DNA from: Eledone cirrhosa
Taxonomy: Eukaryota
DNA length: 64,000 nt
Assembly: GCA_964016885.1 (NCBI GenBank)
Contig: OZ024742.1
Span: forward strand, 99,696,001-99,760,000
Direction: 5' to 3'
Position numbers and translations under genes: made by a program. Position 1 is the first letter of the stretch. Each line of letters starts with the position of its first letter. Under the pieces are notes generated by a model that worked only from the letters and a program-made list of their open reading frames with translations, ran no database searches and was not told the DNA's origin. This document shows positions 54,961-64,000 of this stretch, one piece after another.

Positions 54961-55059
54961 ACCTCTTGTTGAGTCAAACAACGCCATACACTAAAACTAT
55001 CCATAATAAGAAGTATTCACAACCTCTAACTGGATTACCAATAACGATAGTCTGTTATC

Positions 55060-55699
<640 letters not shown>

Positions 55700-56162
55700 G
55701 TGATTTACGTTATATAGTGTAACTAAAGAGTATATATGGTCATTCCGATTAGCAGCCCGTGATACAATAAGTAAAAACACTCAGTGTTATACGTATTATC
55801 CCTCGTAGATGTGGTATTTCGTGGTTGGTGCCGGAACGGAATTCAATATTTCCATGCAATCAGAAGGCCGGATACCAAAAACAATAATACGTATTTTCAT
55901 AGCATACTTACGTCATCAGATCATGACACATGACGTGTGGCGACGTCATCAGGTGGAAATCTGAAAGATTAGGTAATCAATTATTGGATTATGGCAAACA
56001 TAAACAGGGAATAGAATTCATAAGGTCGCCCAACAGTCAGTGAGACTGCTATGACAAACGGCCCTTTTCTTTCGTGTGCAACTTTGCTATTTATTTTTAA
56101 TTATCACTTCTGTAATTTTACGCATTCATTTTCTTAACCATCGGTTTACGTATCAGCCTGAG

Positions 56163-56211
<49 letters not shown>

Positions 56212-56276
56212 GCTCTCTCTCTCCCTTTCTCTCTCACTCTCTCTCTCCCTCTATCTCTCTAATATATATATATATC

Positions 56277-56313
<37 letters not shown>

Positions 56314-57130
56314 CTCTCTTCTGTTTCTCTCTTCTTTTTTTGACAAAAATATATATATATTTCCTTCCTACCGAAGGTTCTTTTGGCACAAATTATCTTC
56401 CTATATATCATATCCTATTTCCAGTTGTAAGACCTTTTATTGATATGTGTTTAAGTACTAGTTTATCTATAACTTAATTGTCTGCTGTATCTATATTCGC
56501 ATGTTGTCTCATACACACCTTCTAGCGAATTTTTTCTAAGAGGTCACAAAAAATGTGCTGAATATTATGCAATACTACCTTTATGCATCATTTGCATTGC
56601 ACAGGTCATTGCTGATTAGGAAGTTAGATGCTTATGTTCATAAGTTCTACGTATATACATGCATACATGTTCATAAGTTCTACGTATATACATGCATATA
56701 TACATGCATATATATATTTATATATGTGTATGTTTGCGCTCGCGTGAATATGCCTCTGTGTGCATGTATACATGTGAGTGTGTGTGTCTGTAGGTGTGTT
56801 TGTGTGTATGTGTTTGTATGCATGCATGAATGCATATAAAATGCAAGCATTACTTTGTGAAAGTTACTGGAGGAATGGCATATTACTTGTTCCGTCAAAA
56901 ATAACAGGGTATTTTCTAGAGATATATGTAAATTCATCCTCATACTTACAATATGTATTGAAATGCCACACTCGTTTATATCCCAATAGATATGTATATA
57001 TAGAGAGAAATGTGTGATTATATCTACAAACAGTAGTGCATAACTCAGAATATATTTTCTGTAATGTTCTTTTATTTCTCTTTTGTGTACAACTAAATCA
57101 AATACATACCGGTACCTGTACGATTGAGCG

Positions 57131-57950
<820 letters not shown>

Positions 57951-58308
57951 AAATTCATAGACATATATGTTATGACAGAAATTTAGTAGTTGTTTTGACT
58001 CTTAGGAAATAATTCCAGCTCTCATGAGAATTCTGTCAAATACTGTTCTATTTCAGATAAATTGCTACAAAAATAAAACATTTCATTTCTGGTTTCTTAA
58101 CATAACATGTCTATGATTCACTGGTTCGATTTTTCTCCTCAGTCTGTTATTTATATCGAGTAATTATTTTGTATGGTATTTGCATTTACTGATCAAAACA
58201 ACTTAAAATGAAAGTTTAAGAAATAAATTAACATAACTACCTACCTAACCATCCTACTATTTATGAATCTAATTCACTCTCTCTTTCTCTCTCTTTCTCT
58301 CTCACTCA

Positions 58309-58366
<58 letters not shown>

Positions 58367-58506
58367 GTACATGCATATATATATATACATATATATACAC
58401 ATATATATATATATATGTCTTTCTAGCTATTTAACTCACTATTTAATTTTTCGTTCTTTCTTGCTCTGTACCTTAAATCTTTCTTTGTCCTTCCTCTCTA
58501 TATTTC

Positions 58507-58590
<84 letters not shown>

Positions 58591-59271
58591 ATATATATAT
58601 ATATACATATATATATAAAATATATACATACATACATACATAATATGCCTATTTACTACAGAATATATCCTTTCTCGTCACGTGAATATTATCAAACATA
58701 TAGTGATTACTGCAATGTACACTATGACTCATAGCTTCTGGCAATTAGTTACTATTCACTTCTACTTTACTCTTGCCAAGGTCTTAAACCGAAGCATATC
58801 GAAGGGAATTCATTAAAAGAGCCAGAAACTCGTGGACCCCGGACGCAAGATGCTTCCACTACTACGAGATCGATGATAACCTTATCGGAGAATGACCCAA
58901 AAAATTAGAAATGGATCACACAATGAATTAAAATATGATAGACAATCTTGAGAATGTCCAGTAAATATGTTTTAAAGATTGAAATATATAGTGGAATGGG
59001 GAATTACTTTCAATTGTTGTTCTGAATTTTTTTCTTCACTCGCAGTGTCAAATTCGGTAATCTACGTGTAAAAATGGTGACTGGGACTAGCACAAAATAT
59101 AATCGCAGTTAATGAGAACTATAGTCAGTGATGTATGCGACCTAATGTAACGGATTGTCCAAAGAGTTCACTGAAAGCCTTTACCAACATTTTAGTTTAA
59201 TTATAAACGTTAGTAAGAGTGGAGGTAATATATTTATATATATATATATATGTCCATTTGTTGCTTTTATA

Positions 59272-59458
59272 ATAATTGTTTCTACTTTTGTCACAAGGCC
59301 AGCAAATATCCCAGTACATTACTGGTACTTTATTTTATCGACCCCGTAAGGATGAAAGGCAAAGTTAACCTCGGCGGGATTTGAACTCAGACCGTAAGGG
59401 CCGTAACTTTGCTGCAAAGCATGGTGTCCGACTATCTGCCGATCCTGCCAATCCACCA
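59272..59458 (-). mobile_element. SINE family A
   Basis: Reverse complement of family A. Confidence 0.9.
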
Positions 59459-59712
59459 ATTATAATAATAATATTTATTTTAATAAATATATAAATATAT
59501 ATATATATACATATATAAAATAATATTTATTTTAATAAATATATAAATATATATATATAAATATATATATCAAATAATATTTATTTTAATAAATATATAT
59601 ATATAATAATAATAATAATATTTATTTAATTAAATATATATATATATATACATATATATGCACACACACACACACATATATACATTTATGATATATATAT
59701 ATATATATACAC

Positions 59713-59743
<31 letters not shown>

Positions 59744-59767
59744 CATAGATATATATATATATATATT

Positions 59768-59798
<31 letters not shown>

Positions 59799-59799
59799 T

Positions 59800-60190
59800 A
59801 GTAATAATAATAAAATAGAAGACTAAAATCCAAAGAGGGCTCGATAAGGATAAATATATATCAAATATATAAGAATCGTAGAGGGTGAAAGCAGCGATTC
59901 TTTGCTTAAACTTTAATCAGAAGATCCCGTTAAGGGTGAAAGCAGCGATTCTTTGCTTACATTTTAATCAGAAGATCCCGTTAAGGGTGAAAGCAGCGAT
60001 TCTTTGCTTAAACTTTAATCAGAAGATCCCGTTAAAGGTGAAAGCAGCGATTCTTTGCTTAAACTTTAATCAGAAGATCCCGTTAAGGGTGAAAGCAGCG
60101 ATTCTTAGCTTAAACTTTAATCAGAAGATCCCGTTAAGGGTGAAAGCAGCGATTCTTTGCTTAAACTTTAATCTGTTATTTTAATAAATA
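59800..60190. repeat. Family C inverted tail followed by a 51-bp tandem array of the hammerhead-like core (~5.7 units)
   Basis: CAGAAGA at 59918, 59969, 60020, 60071 and 60122; unit CAGAAGATCCCGTTAAGGGTGAAAGCAGCGATTCTTTGCTTAAACTTTAAT. Confidence 0.9.
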
Positions 60191-60224
60191 TATATATATA
60201 TCGAATTCATATAAAATCCTCATT

Positions 60225-60408
60225 GGCGGTGAATTGGTAGAATCGGCGGAGGGTTGGACACCATGCAATGCAGCATAGTTAGAGCCTCTGAGTTCAAATC
60301 CCACCGAGGTTAACTTTGCCTTTCATCCTTACGGGGTAGATAAGATAAAGTACCAGTAATGCACGGAGATAATTGGTGGCCTTGTGCCAAAAGTAGAAAC
60401 AATTATTA
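60225..60408 (+). mobile_element. SINE family A
   Basis: Family A head and body. Confidence 0.85.
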
Positions 60409-60459
60409 TAAAAGCAACAAATGGACACATATGTATATAAATATATTACCCCCCACTCT

Positions 60460-60533
<74 letters not shown>

Positions 60534-60534
60534 A

Positions 60535-60619
<85 letters not shown>

Positions 60620-60622
<3 letters not shown>

Positions 60623-61566
60623 GGTCCGGGCGGTATTTGAGGACACATGCATTTTTAGTCATTATTTTATTTGACTAATTTTTATTGAACTTCTATTTTA
60701 GAAAATAACAATGAAAAGAACTATGCTTACTAATGAAATGAAAAGCCATGCTGTGATTGTGGCTTTGAAGGCTAAGCATGGGGATTTAGAAATTTCTCGT
60801 TTTCTGAAAGTTGCAAGATCTTTTGTCCACAAGATTCGGTGTGAGTTAGAGAAAGATGGAAGCGTATTACCTGTATCAAAACGTAAAAAACATTCCAAAT
60901 GCTCTGATTCTATCAGGACACCTGAATTTATTCAGGAAGTTAAGCAAAACATTGATGACAATCCAGGAAAATCAATGAGGTCAATTGCAAAAACATTTGG
61001 TGTGTCAGAAAAAACAATCCGAAATGTTGTGCATCCACAAGGCCTTAGGGTGAATACTGCTGCGTATATTGATGTTCTGGATAAAGTTGTTAAGCCTTGG
61101 ATCAACAGTGTATGCAATGGAAGGCCTTATGTCTTTCAACAAGATTCTATACCATCACACAAGGTTCAAATGACACAAGAATGGATGGTCATAAAATTGC
61201 ATGATCACTTCACCCCACTTCACCCCCAACATTTGGCTTCCTAATTCTCCAGATCTCAAACCACTGGACTGCTATGTATGGAGCATCGTTGAGAAAAATG
61301 TCAATGAACACCCCATAGCACCAAAGATTCTTTGAAAGCCGCAATAGTTCGAATCTGTCCGATATTAACAAGGACCACTTAATCTGAGCTTGTAAACGAT
61401 TTCCACCCCGCGTAGAGGCAGTTATTGATGCTTATGTTGGTTTTATTGAATGAAATTATTAAATTGATAATCTAGCTTTATGTTTATGTTATTTTTATAA
61501 GAATACAGTTTTTTTCTGTTATTATATAAACGTTTTTTTTTTAAACCATACATCTGTCCTCAAATA
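60620..61566 (+). mobile_element. Internally deleted Tc1/mariner (DD37D, maT-like) transposon
   Basis: TA|CAGGGT..TATTTGAGGACAC left TIR; partial right TIR CTGTCCTCAAATA. ORF 60711-61244 has HTH-like segments fused to VFQQDSIPSH..WLPNSPDLKPLD, with 37 aa between the two Asp once a 10-bp duplication is removed. Confidence 0.85.
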
Positions 61567-61569
61567 TAT

Positions 61570-61760
61570 ATATATAACCCGAATAGGACCCGGAAATAAC
61601 CACAATTAAATAATCTACTTTAGTAGATTATAAACATATTTAATATTTATATAGGAATGACGTCTACAGGATTGGGGCCGTTTCATTTGTATGCAATCAT
61701 CAGAAATATGCATTGATTTTATACGAATGTATCAGTTCTAGTCCTGTAGAAATATTTCTA
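61570..61760. mobile_element. Decayed palindromic hammerhead element related to 12453-12645 (minus core 61659-61709)
   Basis: Minus CUGAUGA-UUGCAUACAAAU-GAAA-CGG/CCCCAAUC/CUG-UA; decayed plus arm CAGTTCTAGTCCTGTAGAA at 61733-61751. Confidence 0.55.
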
Positions 61761-62815
61761 GTATATATATATATATTTATATATTTATATCCATATATAT
61801 ATATCCTGTGCTGGTGTCTTGCTGGTGTTAAATTCTACCTCGTCAGCACAAACGCTAGCGTGTTTATGTCCATGTTAATCAATCTGCTTCCGCCTTTCTC
61901 CAAATTCTTTTCGGGAGTGAACGGGTGTAGTTTAAATGTAAAAGTCCTGGGTTAAAACCTGAGTGTCATGGCGTTGATCGGATCACCTATCATAAAGAGC
62001 GGAAATGGTGATGTCACGCAAAATGTCATTGAAACGGAAGTAGATAAACATAGTATTTCACCAACCAGCCATCTATCACAACAATATGTAGCCTATAACT
62101 GACTTACACTCAACGTCTACTAACTATTTGGGAGATAATATTTTAAAATGTTTATAGCACCTTTACTAGTAGATAGACATTTGTGAATATATGCAATAAT
62201 AGAGTAAGTAGTTCAATTTTTAATTTTTAACGTGGTGCAGTCATATTGCTGATTAGGGTTTTTGAGAGTAATTTTCTAGTGTGGTTTCCTATAGTACACG
62301 ACAGTAAATAATGCCTCACTGTTGACGAAATATATTTCACTGTCTTTGAATTGAAAAATATTTATTTCCACAGATGGTACAAGAGTAGTGTAAGAATGAT
62401 GGGTGTATTGGAGTGAATAGATCCCAAGATATTTCTACGTAATCTAGGCTAATGAATCCAGAGCGAGTGAATACATAACTGAATTTATAGCATGCCTATC
62501 GATAGATCTTATGGGCAGAGTAATGATGTTAACGAGAATGATGATGACGACAAATACAAGAAGCATGATGGTGAAGATGTTAAAATGGTGATGATAATAT
62601 GGGCGTCATATTAATGGTTGTGGTGATGGTGATCTTACTTGGGGTAATCATGATAATGATTATGAGGATGATGATGATAAATTCACACAGACAGACATAC
62701 ACATGCCCAAACACAAGTAAATACATACGGTGATATGGACAATTATAATCGTCACATTACACAGATATTGACATGTAAACACACACGATTATATGCTTGT
62801 ACGATTATATGCTTG

Positions 62816-62907
<92 letters not shown>

Positions 62908-62936
62908 ATCTCTCTATCTCTCTCGCTCTCTCTCTC

Positions 62937-63058
<122 letters not shown>

Positions 63059-63224
63059 CTCACAGACACAATAAACCAGATTCGCATACACATTTTTGCA
63101 TACACACACGCGAGTCGTTTAACACTTATGAATTACAAATATACACAAACATATACATGACATGAAAGTCAAAAGTAAGCACTCACACACAAATGTACAC
63201 ATATATATAAACAAGTGAACATAA

Positions 63225-63255
<31 letters not shown>

Positions 63256-63642
63256 TACATACACATTCAAACTCAGCCACAAACATTCAACACATACATA
63301 GAGAAATTTGACTATACTCGCACATATACATGCACATAGGAACATGCAGACGCGTACACGCATAAACATAAAGTTACACACTCGTGCACCTGAAGACACA
63401 CGCACAAGCAGGTATACAATAAGGACACCACAAACCCACACGCGCACATACACACGCATACATGCACATAAATACCGATCAATTCACGTATATGTGTCCG
63501 AATGATAAAAGTAGAAAAACAGGTTTCGGAATAGAAGCAAGCAACCTTGAGTTTGACTGATAGGACGACGAATAGATTTTAGTACAATGAAAACATAAGT
63601 AAATAATGCATATATATGTAAGGCATATATATATATATGTAA

Positions 63643-63751
<109 letters not shown>

Positions 63752-64000
63752 ACAGATATGTAACGGGTTTGTATATATATATACATATATATGTATGTAT
63801 CTAAAAAAAAGTCTTAAGCCAGAAAACTCATTTGGCCAGTGCTTATTCTGTTCCGGTTTCATGGCGTGAAGTGACTGTGAGTACAAGACTTTCCCTTGGA
63901 CAAAACACAAAACGCAAGTCCATCGCAGGGATTAACCCTCAGATATTGCTGGTACTCAACTCATTTTCAGTTGAGTATACTGGAGCAACGAGAAATGAAG

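Noticed and set aside
58760-58910. Possible host terminal exon after a pyrimidine-rich acceptor (..CTTGCCAAG)
   Set aside because: Short open frames with no recognisable homology or partner exons; needs RNA-seq.
59885-60184. 99-aa ORF with 17-aa repeats
   Set aside because: By-product of a 51-bp (multiple of 3) tandem repeat of a non-coding element.

Overview
Repeat-saturated, AT-rich animal DNA, probably intronic or intergenic. The SINE types and microsatellite load suggest a cephalopod such as Octopus (inference). I recognise no host protein-coding exon, and most ORFs in the track are translated microsatellites. Mobile elements I can support: a full-length R4/Dong-clade LINE with an intact 1130-aa ORF (RT, CCHC, RLE) in an (AAT)n tract, plus an inverted 3' fragment; two loci of a Penelope-like element (RT, CxxC linker, GIY-YIG) with inverted terminal arms; decayed hAT, RTE and DD37D mariner/maT fossils; many tRNA-head SINEs; and a 44-bp minisatellite. 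The main unexplained signal is about 20 type I hammerhead-ribozyme motifs from at least 10 unrelated short non-coding families, almost all inserted in (TA)n tracts. They recur as asymmetric palindromes or as 'inverted body + tail' insertions with family-specific fixed breakpoints. Several carry non-canonical cores seen in more than one copy or arm (U3-A8, A4, C4, U-U at 10.1/11.1), and one family has produced a 51-bp tandem ribozyme array. All folds were done by eye and none has been tested for activity.
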